Positions 19,660 through 31,814 of a DNA stretch of 64,000 bases are shown piece after piece. The first letter of the stretch is position 1, and each line of letters begins with the position of its first letter. The stretch comes from Setoptus koraiensis (taxonomy: Eukaryota; Animalia; Arthropoda). The position numbers and the translations under genes are program-made. The notes under the pieces are model-generated. The model was given only the letters and a program-made list of their open reading frames with translations, had not been told where the DNA came from and did not search any database. The DNA is taken from assembly GCA_048013815.1 (NCBI GenBank), contig CM106586.1:372001-436000 (forward strand), in the 5' to 3' direction.

Positions 19660-22600
19660 TTTTGGATGACGGATGTCATGTGAATATCGTGATATTTGAA
19701 CATGTTCCCACCTATCCGTTTTGATGATACTGCGTGTGTGTGTTGTGCATGTTGCTCGCAACATTCTGTGCAAGTATGATCAGCCATCAATAGGTCGTTT
19801 TTGAGACAGAGAAAAATTTCGGATGACGGATGTCATGTATAGTCATCAATTTCTGAACATGTTCCCACCTATCCGTTTTGATGATACTTCGTGTGTGTGT
19901 TGTACATGTTACTCGCAACATTCTGTGCAAGTATGATCAGCCATCAATAGGTCGTTTTCGAGACAGAAAGAAATTTTGGATGACGGATGTCATGTGAATA
20001 TCGTGATATCTGAACATGTTCCCACCTATCCGTTTTGATGATACTGCGTGTGTGTGTTGTGCATGTTGCTCGCAACATTCTGTGCAAGTATGATCAGCCA
20101 TCAATAGGTCGTTTTCGAGACAGAAAGAAATTTTGGATGACGGATGTCATGTGAATATCGTGATATCTGAACATGTTCCCACCTATCCGTTTTGATGATA
20201 CTGCGTGTGTGTGTTGTGCATGTTGCTCGCAACATTTTGTGCAAGTATGATCAGAAATCAATTGGTCGTTTTCGAGACAGAAAGAAATTTTGGATGACGG
20301 ATGTCATGTGAATATCGTGATATTTGAACATGTTCCCACCTATCCGTTTTGATGATACTGCGTGTGTGTGTTGTACATGTTACTCGCAACATTCTGTGCA
20401 AGTATGATCAGCCATCAATAGGTCGTTTTTGAGACAGAGAAAAATTTTGGATGACGGATGTCATGTGAATATCGTGATATTTGAACATGTTCCCACCTAT
20501 CCGTTTTGATGATACTGCGTGTGTGTGTTGTACATGTTACTCGCAACATTCTGTGCAAGTATGATCAGCCATCAATAGGTCGTTTTTGAGACAGAGAAAA
20601 ATTTCGGATGACGGATGTCATGTATAGTCATCAATTTCTGAACATGTTCCCACCTATCCGTTTTGATGATACTGCGTGTGTGTGTTGTACATGTTACTCG
20701 CAACATTCTGTGCAAGTATGATCAGCCATCAATAGGTCGTTTTCGAGACAGAAAGAAATTTTGGATGACGGATGTCATGTGAATATCGTGATATTTGAAC
20801 ATGTTCCCACCTATCCGTTTTGATGATACTGCGTGTGTGTATTGTGCATGTTGCTCGCCACATTTTGTGCAAGTATGATCAGAAATCAATAGGTCGTTTT
20901 CGAGACAGAAAGAAATTTTGGATGACGGATGTCATGTGAATATCGTGATATTTGAACATGTTCCCACCTATCCGTTTTGATGATACTGCGTGTGTGTGTT
21001 GTACATGTTACTCGCAACATTCTGTGCAAGTATGATCAGCCATCAATAGGTCGTTTTCGAGACAGAAAGAAATTTTGGATGACGGATGTCATGTGAATAT
21101 CGTGATATTTGAACATGTTCCCACCTATCCGTTTTGATGATACTTCGTGTGTGTGTTGTACATGTTACTCGCAACATTCTGTGCAAGTATGATCAGCCAT
21201 CAATAGGTCGTTTTTGAGACAGAGAAAAATTTCGGATGACGGATGTCATGTATAGTCATCAATTTCTGAACATGTTCCCACCTATCCGTTTTGATGATAC
21301 TTCGTGTGTGTGTTGTACATGTTACTCGCAACATTCTGTGCAAGTATGATCAGCCATCAATAGGTCGTTTTTGAGACAGAGAAAAATTTTGGATGACGGA
21401 TGTCATGTGAATATCGTGATATTTGAACATGTTCCCACCTATCCGTTTTGATGATACTGCGTGTGTGTATTGTGCATGTTGCTCGCCACATTTTGTGCTA
21501 GTATGATCAGCCATCAATAGGTCGTTTTCGAGACAGAAAGAAATTTTGGATGACGGATGTCATGTGAATATCGTGATATCTGAACATGTTCCCACCTATC
21601 CGTTTTGATGATACTGCGTGTGTGTATTGTGCATGTTGCTCGCCACATTTTGTGCAAGTATGATCAGAAATCAATAGGTCGTTTTCGAGACAGAAAGAAA
21701 TTTTGGATGACGGATGTCATGTGAATATCGTGATATTTGAACATGTTCCCACCTATCCGTTTTGATGATACTTCGTGTGTGTGTTGTACATGTTACTCGC
21801 AACATTCTGTGCAAGTATGATCAGCCATCAATAGGTCGTTTTCGAGACAGAAAGAAATTTTGGATGACGGATGTCATGTGAATATCGTGATATCTGAACA
21901 TGTTCCCACCTATCCGTTTTGATGATACTTCGTGTGTGTGTTGTACATGTTACTCGCAACATTCTGTGCAAGTATGATCAGCCATCAATAGGTCGTTTTT
22001 GAGACAGAGAAAAATTTCGGATGACGGATGTCATGTATAGTCATCAATTTCTGAACATGTTCCCACCTATCCGTTTTGATGATACTGCGTGTGTGTATTG
22101 TGCATGTTGCTCGCCACATTTTGTGCAAGTATGATCAGAAATCAATAGGTCGTTTTCGAGACAGAAAGAAATTTTGGATGACGGATGTCATGTGAATATC
22201 GTGATATTTGAACATGTTCCCACCTATCCGTTTTGATGATACTGCGTGTGTGTGTTGTACATGTTACTCGCAACATTCTGTGCAAGTATGATCAGCCATC
22301 AATAGGTCGTTTTCGAGACAGAAAGAAATTTTGGATGACGGATGTCATGTGAATATCGTGATATCTGAACATGTTCCCACCTATCCGTTTTGATGATACT
22401 TCGTGTGTGTGTTGTACATGTTACTCGCAACATTCTGTGCAAGTATGATCAGCCATCAATAGGTCGTTTTTGAGACAGAGAAAAATTTCGGATGACGGAT
22501 GTCATGTATAGTCATCAATTTCTGAACATGTTCCCACCTATCCGTTTTGATGATACTTCGTGTGTGTGTTGTACATGTTACTCGCAACATTCTGTGCAAG

Positions 22601-23859
22601 TATGATCAGCCATCAATAGGTCGTTTTCGAGACAGAGAAAAATTTTGGATTACGGATGTCATGTGAATATCGTGATATCTGAACATGTTCCCACCTATCC
22701 GTTTTGATGATACTGCGTGTGTGTGTTGTGCATGTTGCTCGCAACATTCTGTGCAAGTATGATCAGCCATCAATAGGTCGTTTTCGAGACAGAAAGAAAT
22801 TTTGGATGACGGATGTCATGTGAATATCGTGATATTTGAACATGTTCCCACCTATCCGTTTTGATGATACTGCGTGTGTGTGTTGTGCATGTTGCTCGCA
22901 ACAATCTGTGCTAGTATGATCAGAAATCAATTGGTCGTTTTCGAAACAGAAAGAAATTTTGGATGACGGATGTCATGTGAATATCGTGATATTTGAACAT
23001 GTTCCCACCTATCCGTTTTGATGATACTGCGTGTGTGTGTTTTGCATGTTGCTCGCCACATTCTGTGCTAGTATGATCAGAAATCAATAGGTCGTTTTCG
23101 AGACAGAAAGAAATTTTGGATGACGGATGTCATGTGAATATCGTGATATCTGAACATGTTCCCACCTATCCGTTTTGATGATACTGCGTGTGTGTGTTTT
23201 GCATGTTGCTCGCCACATTCTGTGCTAGTATGATCAGAAATCAATAGGTCGTTTTCGAAACAGAAAGAAATTTTGGATGACGGATGTCATGTGAATATCG
23301 TGATATTTGAACATGTTCCCACCTATCCGTTTTGATGATACTGCGTGTGTGTGTTGTACATGTTACTCGCAACATTCTGTGCAAGTATGATCAGCCATCA
23401 ATAGGTCGTTTTTGAGACAGAGAAAAATTTCGGATGACGGATGTCATGTATAGTCATCAATTTCTGAACATGTTCCCACCTATCCGTTTTGATGATACTT
23501 CGTGTGTGTGTTGTACATGTTACTCGCAACATTCTGTGCAAGTATGATCAGCCATCAATAGGTCGTTTTTGAGACAGAAAGAAATTTTGGATGACGGATG
23601 TCATGTGAATATCGTGATATCTGAACATGTTCCCACCTATCCGTTTTGATGATACTGCGTGTGTGTATTGTGCATGTTGCTCGCCACATTTTGTGCAAGT
23701 ATGATCAGAAATCAATAGGTCGTTTTCGAGACAGAAAGAAATTTTGGATGACGGATGTCATGTGAATATCGTGATATCTGAACATGTTCCCACCTATCCG
23801 TTTTGATGATACTGCGTGTGTGTGTTGTGCATGTTGCTCGCAACATTTTGTGCAAGTAT
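19660..23859 (+). repeat. 157-bp tandem satellite, about 27 units
   Basis: GGATGACGGATG recurs at 19664, 19821, 19978, 20135 ... 23746, an exact multiple of 157 (26 intervals). Confidence 0.97.
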
Positions 23860-24289
23860 TACATTATGTGCGATTTTTGAAACTGTTCTCACCAGGATAA
23901 ATTCTTGAAACTTTCTAGAGACAGCAAGCACTGTGCCATACACGATCTGTGCAAGTTTTATCAATTTTCTGTTTCTAGTATTGGCGCTATGGACAATTCT
24001 GGATCATGTTAGCTCATTCAATACATGTGATTTCTGATCACATGTGCCCATACATTATGTGCAATTTTCGAAACTGTTCTGTTTCTAGTATTGGCGATAT
24101 AGGCCATTTTGTGGCACATGTTCTTCCACAGTATGTTCAATTTTCGAAACTGTTCTCACCAGGATAAATTCTTGAAAAACTTTCTAGTGACAGCTAGCAC
24201 TTATCACTTCTTAATAAACTGTCCAAACCTCTAAGATTGTTCACTGGAAAAATTAAGCGCTCTTATACTGGTATAATCAGTATAACTTG
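19660..24289 (+). mobile_element. HINE, 157-bp-repeat family, 3' part containing the satellite
   Basis: Ends AAAATTAAGCGCT (subTIR, 24249-24261), TTATACTG/CAGTATAA hairpin (24263-24285), ACTTG then T. Confidence 0.7.
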
Positions 24290-24780
24290 TTATTCGCCCC
24301 TTCATTTGTGGGTGGATTGCAGTCATGTGAGCGGAGGGTAGAGGGCGCAGCCCGATACCCGAAGCGCTCATCAACCCTACCCGAAGGGTTCCCGTCGCAC
24401 GCAGTCGTCGCGGGAGCGACGACGGAGATGTGACGGCCTCCAGAATACGAGGCCGAAGGCCGAGTTCTAAGAACAATTGCAGGCTCATCCATGAGTGTAG
24501 CGAAGCATGAATTTGGCAACTTCCGGTCTCTCAACTCTTGGGATATCGCTATAACCAGAGAACCGGAAGTGGTAAAGAGCTAAAACTTATGTCATTGTGT
24601 TGATCGTCATCTGGAACGTCATTCTGATGAGTTTCAACTCTCTAGAAGCAACTTAAGGTAAAACCGGAACCGGAAGTTTCCGCACTTCCGGACCACTTTT
24701 CCTGATGGTTTCGGGTCAAGATGAACCTGTACCGGAAGTTTCATCATAATCGGCGCTGGGACCTAATCGCTAGAACAACC
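24290..24780 (-). mobile_element. Partial Merlin-like family A element, inverted
   Basis: Diverged reverse complement of 25359-25830; TIR ends at 24780. Confidence 0.75.
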
Positions 24781-25358
24781 AGAGTCGGTAAACAGATCGA
24801 ACCCCAGTAGAGAAGACAAACAGAGAATAGTCGAAGCCTTGCATAGAATCAACGCGCCACCAGTTGAAGAAAATGAAGAAGTTGACGAAGAAATCGACGA
24901 CGAGGAAGAAACAATCTCTGGGTCAAGTGCACGTGACCCAGAAGAGCAACAATCCAGCCGCGACTTCGACGACTTTTACAGCGATGAAATCAACTCGGGC
25001 GGCCGAGCACCGGCCCACAAATTCACGACAAAAGAAATGCGACCCGAGGACTTCGATGGAAACACCGCTAAAGCAAGACAATGGATGTCAGACTACCATT
25101 ATTGCGCGACAGTTAATAGGTGGTCAAGTCGACAAAAAGCAGAGAGGCTACCAGCCTTTCTGACCAAAAGTGCGAGAAATTGGTATAAGGTCTCAATTAT
25201 GAATAAGCCAATCGACAAAGATTTCGCAAGCATAGAGAGACAATTTAATTTGGTATTCATACCGCATTCAAACAAGGCTAACAAAGCGAGAGAAATAGAC
25301 CTCAGGAGACAGACGCCGAGCGAAGAAGTGAGTAACTTCATAGTAGACATGCGCTCAC
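24781..25358 (+). pseudogene. gag: G1 gag N-terminal/capsid fragment
   Basis: RPEDFDGNTAKARQW...NRWS...LTKSARNWY capsid-like sequence. Removing the TIR insertion joins ...NFIVDMRS to LCLEYNENMPEIEMVDK in frame. Confidence 0.85.
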
Positions 25359-25989
25359 GGTTGTTCTAGCGATTAGGTCCCCAACCGGATCTTGATGAAA
25401 CTTCCGGTATAGGTCTATTCTGACCTAACTAAGACAAAAAAAGTGGTCCGGAAGCCAGGAAACTTCCGGTTCCGGTTTTACATAAAGTTAAAGCTAGAGC
25501 TCTGAAATTCACTACAGAGACGTTTCAAGCTACGCTGAACACGATGACATAATTTTCAGCTCTGTGCGACTTCCGGTTTTCGAGATATAGAGATATTACT
25601 GGGGTTAGAATACCGGAAGTGACCAAATTATTGCTTCGCTGCGCTCAGGGATGCACATGCGGTGTGTCTGAGAACTCGGCCTGCGGCCTCGTATTCTGGA
25701 GGCCGTCACATCTCCGTCGTCGCTCCCGCGACGACTGCGTGCGACGGGAACCCTTCGGGTAGGGATGATGAGCGCTTCGGGTATCGGGCTGCGCCCTCTA
25801 CCCTCCGCTCACATGACTGCAATCCAAACACAGCTGCAGGCGGGAAGAGTGAACGAACCAACTAATTCGTTGATATTCAGGGTTACAAGTAATACTGATC
25901 AAATCAGTATTTCGAGCGCTTAATTTTTCGTGTGGACAAGTATTGTTGAAGGATTCAAAGGAGTTTATTACAACCTGTTAACCACCGAA

Positions 25990-27310
25990 CTTCAAAATGT
26001 GACCATCAAACATAGACTATCGAACACTGACCACCGAACATCGAACGAGCAGATGGAACTGTCATCGGAAATTCGAATTTTCAATTTCGAAGTTCGAATT
26101 GTGACCAGCGAACTTCGTATTGTGACCATCGAACTCTGTACAAGCACCTGGAACTCGTATCGGAAATTCGAATTTTTCAATTTCGAAGTTCGAAATGTGA
26201 CCATCGAAGTTCGAATTGTGACCATCGAACTCTGTACAAGCACTTGGAACTCCAAATTTCTTTCGCAGCATGATTCACATGTTGATTGCATGCGTACGGA
26301 TTTTGGTAAGATTCTAATGGTCAGTTTCGCCACAATGAGTAATTTAGTTAGTCACACAAATTAGTCAATGGCGCACACTTAGTTATTGTGCATCAATTTC
26401 GAATATCGAAGTTCGAATTGTGACCATCGAACTCTGTACGAGCACCTGGAACTAGTATCGGAAATTCGAATTTTCAATTTCGAATTTCCAAGTTCGACGT
26501 TCGGAATTTGACCATCGAACCTCGACAGAGCAGATTAAACTATCATTAGGAATTCGAATTTTCAATTTCGAAGTTCGAAATGTGACCATCGAACTCTGAC
26601 CATCGAACTTCGACAGATCAGATGAAACTCTCATCAGAGAATCGAATTTTCAATTTCGAATTTGAAGTTCGAAATGTGACCATCGAACTTCGAATTGTAA
26701 CCACCGAACTTCGAATTGTGACCATCGAACTCTGTACAAGCACCTGAAACTAGTATCGGAAATTCGAATTTCCAATCTTCGAACTTCAAATTGTTACCAC
26801 CGAACTTCGAAATGTGACCATCGAACTCTGACCCCCGAACTCTGACCACCGAACTCTGACCACCGAACTCTGACCATCGAACTTCGACGAAGCAGATGAA
26901 ACTATCATCAGAAATTCGAATTTTCAATTTCGAATTTCGAAGTTCGAAATGTGACCATCGAACTCTGACCATCGAACTCTGACCATCGAACTCTGACCAT
27001 CGAACATCGAACGAGCAGATGAAACTCTCATCAGAAATTCGAATTTTCAATTTCGAATTTCGAAGTTCGAATTGTGACCATCGAACTCTGACCATGGAAC
27101 TACGACCATCGAACTTCGACGAAGCAGCTGAATCTCATTTCAGAAAATCAAATTTTCAATTTCCAATTTCGAAGTTCGAAATTCGAATTGTCACCACCGA
27201 ACTCTGACCATAGAACTAAGAACACTGAACCACTAACTTCGAACTAGCAGCTGAAACTCCCATGAGAAATTCGAATTTTCAATTTTGAAGTTCGATTTGT
27301 CACCACCGAG
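25990..27310. repeat. Complex TTCGAA-rich internal repeats including 14-bp ACCATCGAACTCTG tandems
   Basis: Dense TTCGAA palindromes; tandem 14-mers at about 26817-26880 and 26953-27003. Confidence 0.85.
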
Positions 27311-27524
27311 CTCCTCACAAATTCGACCTAGTCAAATCTCCATAGGATTGCATACGAAATATTTTCGAGTAAAGCGATAATAGACCAAGTCAAATCTACA
27401 TCGGAATACATGTGTAATATCTAGCAGGATTCTCACAAATTTGACTAAGTCAAACCTCCATAGGATTACATAGTCACGTGAATAAACCTAGTCATCATCA
27501 CCACCCCAATAGCAGCTTAATTAA

Positions 27525-29066
27525 AGGACGACTTGCATTTAGGGTCTCCAGAATCAAACTGGTCTGACATACATGAATATAGTATTTTCGTGATCGGAAG
27601 AGCATACTGATCACGAATATACCAATTGCATCATCCTTTAGTTCGTCGTTTGGCCACTAGGCAGCGTTGCTGTTTCTCGCTTTGGAGGCCTCTGGAGCCC
27701 CAGTCTCTTGTCATAGAGACACGTTCTTGGTATCGTTGAATAGATATTTGGAAGACGCATCCATGAAGGGTATAATTTTCCCCTAGACTCGAATCCAAGT
27801 CCGGAAAAAAATCAAAAGAAAATTTTGGTCCATTTTGTGGGGCCCCAGGAATGTCCGCCCAGAGATTCGACAGCTCATAAAAATACCCCTATACAAGAGG
27901 TTCAAAATGATAGATAAAACATTGGAATCAAAATGAACGCCGATGACCAAAAATGAAAAAAACCACACACACATCCCCTCGAATTAGAGGTATAAGGCAG
28001 ATCGGGTGCTCTGCTGATTAGGAGCCAAGCTCGATTTCTTTAAAAATCGACACGTGGGCTGTGAATGGGCCCATGAAGACGTTCTTGATAGTCCAGAAGT
28101 GCGGTAGAGCCTACTTCCGGAGATAAGAAAAAACCCGAATTTCGGGCCTCTAAGGGGCCTCAAAACAATTATCTTCGCACAGTTGTCTATATTGTTATAT
28201 CAATTTCGAAGTAGAGTGAAAATTCACACTCTGCGTCACCTGAGCCGTTAGAAATGCACTGTTGGTTGTGTTAGGTACGCATACGCACTGCTTAGGATGT
28301 TGGGAGGCCCAAGGCCGAGTCGATGAAGATCGAAAAGGGGTTCAGTAGTACTGACAGTACCACTCAATCAGTGCACGAGTGAAGATTGGGGATGAATCAC
28401 CTCTATTCCAATGTCAATATGCCTTCAAATACCCTTAAATACCCAGAATGCGGTACCTCTGGTATCACGGTGATGAAGAATTTCCGCACCCCTGAAATAC
28501 CCACTCGGGTATCAGGGTACAATACCCTACCCATCAATACCCAAAACACCCAATTTGGACTTGGCCGTCATTCAACGGAGCACCCGATCCACCTTTTGTC
28601 TCTATTTTTGGTGGGGGGTATGTGTGGTTTTTTTCATTTTTGGTCATCGGCGTTCAATTTGATTTCGATGTTTCACTCATCATTCTGAAGCTCTTATATA
28701 GAGTCATTTTTATGAGCTGTCAAATTATTGGGCGGACATTTCTGGGGCCCCTCAAAATGGGGCCAAAGTTTGCCTTCGATTTTTTTATGGACTCGGATTC
28801 GAGTCTAGGGAAAAATTATACCCTTTATAGATGCATCTTCTGGAGATCTATCCAACGATACCAAGAACGTGTCTCTATGACAAAATACTAGGGCTCCAGA
28901 GGCCCCCAAAGCGAAAAACAGCAACGCCGCCTAGTGGCCAAACGTCGGACTAAAGGATGATGCAATTGTTATATTCGTGATCAGAAGGCTCTTCCGATCA
29001 CAAAAATACTGAATTTATATATGTCAGATCAGTTTGATTCTGGAGACCCTAAATGCAAGTGGTCCT
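27525..29066. mobile_element. Foldback element with about 450-bp inverted arms, PIF/Harbinger-like ends
   Basis: TAA|AGGAC...GTCCT|TAA; arms 27525-27975 and about 28615-29066 are diverged reverse complements. Confidence 0.65.
28004..28585 (+). mobile_element. Merlin-like family D element in the centre of the foldback
   Basis: GGGTGCTC...GAGCACCC ends; right subterminal region homologous to 39200-39330 and 42450-42590; no 8-bp TSD. Confidence 0.55.
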
Positions 29067-29418
29067 TAAGCGCTAAAAATGACCGAAACAGACATGGATA
29101 CAGGGTGTTGCGCGCGCGAGGCACAGGATGGGTCCGCTCATCGCGACCGCACAGGGCCCGGCCACACCCTTTTTTGCGTTAAACAGCTATATCTAGGTAA
29201 CCGGAAGTGGCAGAAGATTAATTTTGATTTCATCGTGCTCCGCTAGGCGTCATCTATCCGATTATGAATTTTCAAAGCTCTATCTCAATCTTTTGGTAAC
29301 TCCGGGACCGGAAGTTTCCTGGCTTCCGGTCTACTCATTCCCTGATATGGGGCCCCTACGGGACCCATGTGTGAAGTTTCATCGAAATCTGAGTGGGGAC
29401 CTAATCGCAAGAACACCC

Positions 29419-31321
29419 GCGCTCACTTTGTCTAGAATATAACGAGAACATGCCAGAAATCGAGATGGTCGACAAGATAAAGGCAAGAGTTCTCCCATCA
29501 TTTGAGCCCAATCTGACTCAAGCAGACCCTCAAACCATAGCAGATCTAATGAGAACATGTACCCTTCTGGAAGAAGGTATGCGAAAAAAGAGCCCGAAGC
29601 AAGCCGAGGTTAACATGGTTCAACGAAACCTAGTTTGCTATGAATGTAAAGGTATCGGACATCCCGCAAAAGTATGTCCTAGTAGAACGAACAATAGCGC
29701 AGGAAACAAATTCAATCAACACCCGAAAACACAGAATAACCGATATCGGGAAGGAGACTCAAAACACAACGAATCCAACAATAGAAACAAGTCATCGTAC
29801 CCACCCGCCAACAACAATGCAGCAAACCGATGCCGAGGAGGGTACAGGAGGCTTTCTCACAGATACAATGAGCAGAAAAATCCCACAGCAGGCCCCAGTG
29901 GCAACACCAATAACAACGATACACCAAGGAATAATCAAGAGAGGAACCAACCACCTAGAAATAACTATCGTGGTAATCAAAACAACAGACAAGGACACAG
30001 AAGGTCAAACGAGGCACCGAACATGTGCGCATTCATACGTCCGACCGCACACATCTATACAAAAATAACTGTAAACAAGGTGAATATCAACGCCATGGTC
30101 GACTGCGGCACGACGGTAACAATCATCAATGAAAAAGTGGCGGAGAAGTACAGATGGCCCATCTCAAACAGCGAAAATGTAAACCTCCAATCAGCAAAAG
30201 GCGACCGTCTAGACGTATGTGGCCAAATCATAGCCAAAATATCGCTTAATGTAGAGGACAAAATTTTAACGACGGAACACCCCGTCATCGTAACCAAGGA
30301 TCTGCCCACACAGATGCTACTGGGTCTAGATATATTAGCAGACCTAAACATCCTCATCAACACAAAAGAAGGCTCACTACATCTCAACAAAGAAAGAAGC
30401 ATCGACGAGGAAACAAACCATTGTTTCACAGTATCAAACGAAATAATACCGGCGAGAGCATCAGCCTGCATTGAAGCAATGTTTCCAAAGTCGGCAGAAG
30501 TGAATACAGTGCTCAACAACACATGCCTAGACCCGAACGGTATCGTCATCCCCAACATCATTGTTAAGCCAAAGAAACAAAAAGCAATGGTCATAGTGAC
30601 CAACATGAGCGACAAACCTGTAAAGATGAGAGCACGCACCAAATTATCAAGATGGGAAAACATAGAAAGCGACAACAATTCATCAGTTAACGCGGTCATA
30701 AAATGTGGCGACATGATCCTTAATGTCGGTGACCAATTAGACATCAACCAGAAGGAACAAATAAGAAATCTTGTAGCAAACAACAAAGACGTGTTTTCCG
30801 ATGGCGACCACATCGGGAGAACCAATATAACGAAACATAAAATCGACATGGTCGACCGTACACCCATCAATCAGCCGCTGAGGAGATCAGCCTATACAGA
30901 GAGAGAAATCATCCAGGAGAATGTCGACGAAATGCTTAGGGCAGGCATAATCCAACACTCAGAGTCGCCATTTAACAGCCCGATCGTATTGGTCAGAAAA
31001 CGCGATGGTTCCATCCGTTGCTGCATAGACTTTAGGGCAATAAATGCGAGAACAAAGAAATGGGCCTTCCCGTTGCCACGGCAAGAAGATATTCTAGAAG
31101 GGTTGGCAGGCTCCAAGTATATAACAACTTTCGACTGTAATCAAGGATACCATCAGATAGAATTAGAGGACTCGTCGAAAGAACTCACCGCCTTCTCAAC
31201 ACCCGAATCGCATTATGAATACACCGTAATGCCATTCGGGCTGTGTAACGCAGCACAGACATTTCAGCGAACAATAAACATCGCACTCAAGGCAGTGATA
31301 GGCACAGTATGCTATGTATAC
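29419..31321 (+). pseudogene. pol: G1 copy 2: gag-PR-partial RT, cut at the YMDD codon by G2
   Basis: ORF 29450-31360 is near-identical to 171-2041 but lacks the stop and frameshift; identity ends at TATGTATAC. Confidence 0.92.
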
Positions 31322-31566
31322 TGTGACGGTCGAATCCGCCCCGTCAAACTAACCCGCTAGGGGTCGCCCTCACGAGGGCTATATAAACCGACTCAAGTCA
31401 CTGAGTCGATATTCACTCATGAGTCGCGTTCACTCACTCATTCGCTCAATACTCACTATAATCAAGTACTCACTCACTGTACAAATATATGTATAATAAA
31501 GAGGCCGTGGCCTACCAAAAAGAAAACGCCCCCAAAATAGCCTACCAGACCGATACGATCGTTACA
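31322..31566 (+). repeat. G2 5' LTR (245 bp)
   Basis: TGTGACGG...CGTTACA, TATATAAA near 31380, AATAAA near 31495, PBS 2 nt downstream. Confidence 0.8.
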
Positions 31567-31568
31567 AT

Positions 31569-31582
31569 TGGTGGAGACGCCG
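31569..31582 (+). promoter_or_regulatory. Primer-binding site of G2, probably tRNA-Ala
   Basis: TGGTGGAGACGCCG resembles the complement of the tRNA-Ala 3' end (...CGGCATCTCCACCA), one mismatch. Confidence 0.6.
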
Positions 31583-31814
31583 AGAAGCCTATTGATCAGG
31601 TTATCTCACCGAGAAAGAACTCGTGGACAAGCTCAGGAGCTAATTAGGTATAAAGAAGCTCAGAAGCTATAGAAAATTGACAGAGCTCAGGAGCTAAGAG
31701 AAAGCTCAAAAGCTATCAGAACATAACGATATTCGGTTAGTAGAGGAGGCAAGAGTTCAAGAACTGCCATTGATAATTTGAATTCCTGAATTCAGTTGAT
31801 AGAGAAATATAGAT

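Larger units (their letters stand above)
25886..29076 (-). mobile_element. HINE, TTCGAA-rich family, complete ends
   Basis: Comparison with the empty site at 37921-37935 (CAGGGTTAAAATGACC) shows T/T insertion without TSD; subTIR AGCGCTTAA at both ends and ATACTGAT/ATCAGTAT hairpin near 25892-25910. Confidence 0.7.
25359..29418 (+). mobile_element. Merlin-like family A element with nested inserts, in G1 gag
   Basis: GG-starting TIRs; 8-bp TSD GCGCTCAC at 25351-25358 and 29419-29426. The insert-free version is 37402-38270. Confidence 0.85.

Noticed and set aside
18997-19790. ORFs spanning the first gap
   Set aside because: Open only because of Ns.
23860-24289. A 40-kb palindrome pairing this segment with 62930-63540
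   Set aside because: Explained by two dispersed copies of the same HINE in opposite orientation; the intervening sequence is not mirrored.
27521-29069. piggyBac assignment from TTAA flanks
   Set aside because: Ends do not begin with CC; TAA|AGGAC...GTCCT|TAA fits a 3-bp TSD better. Kolobok cannot be fully excluded.
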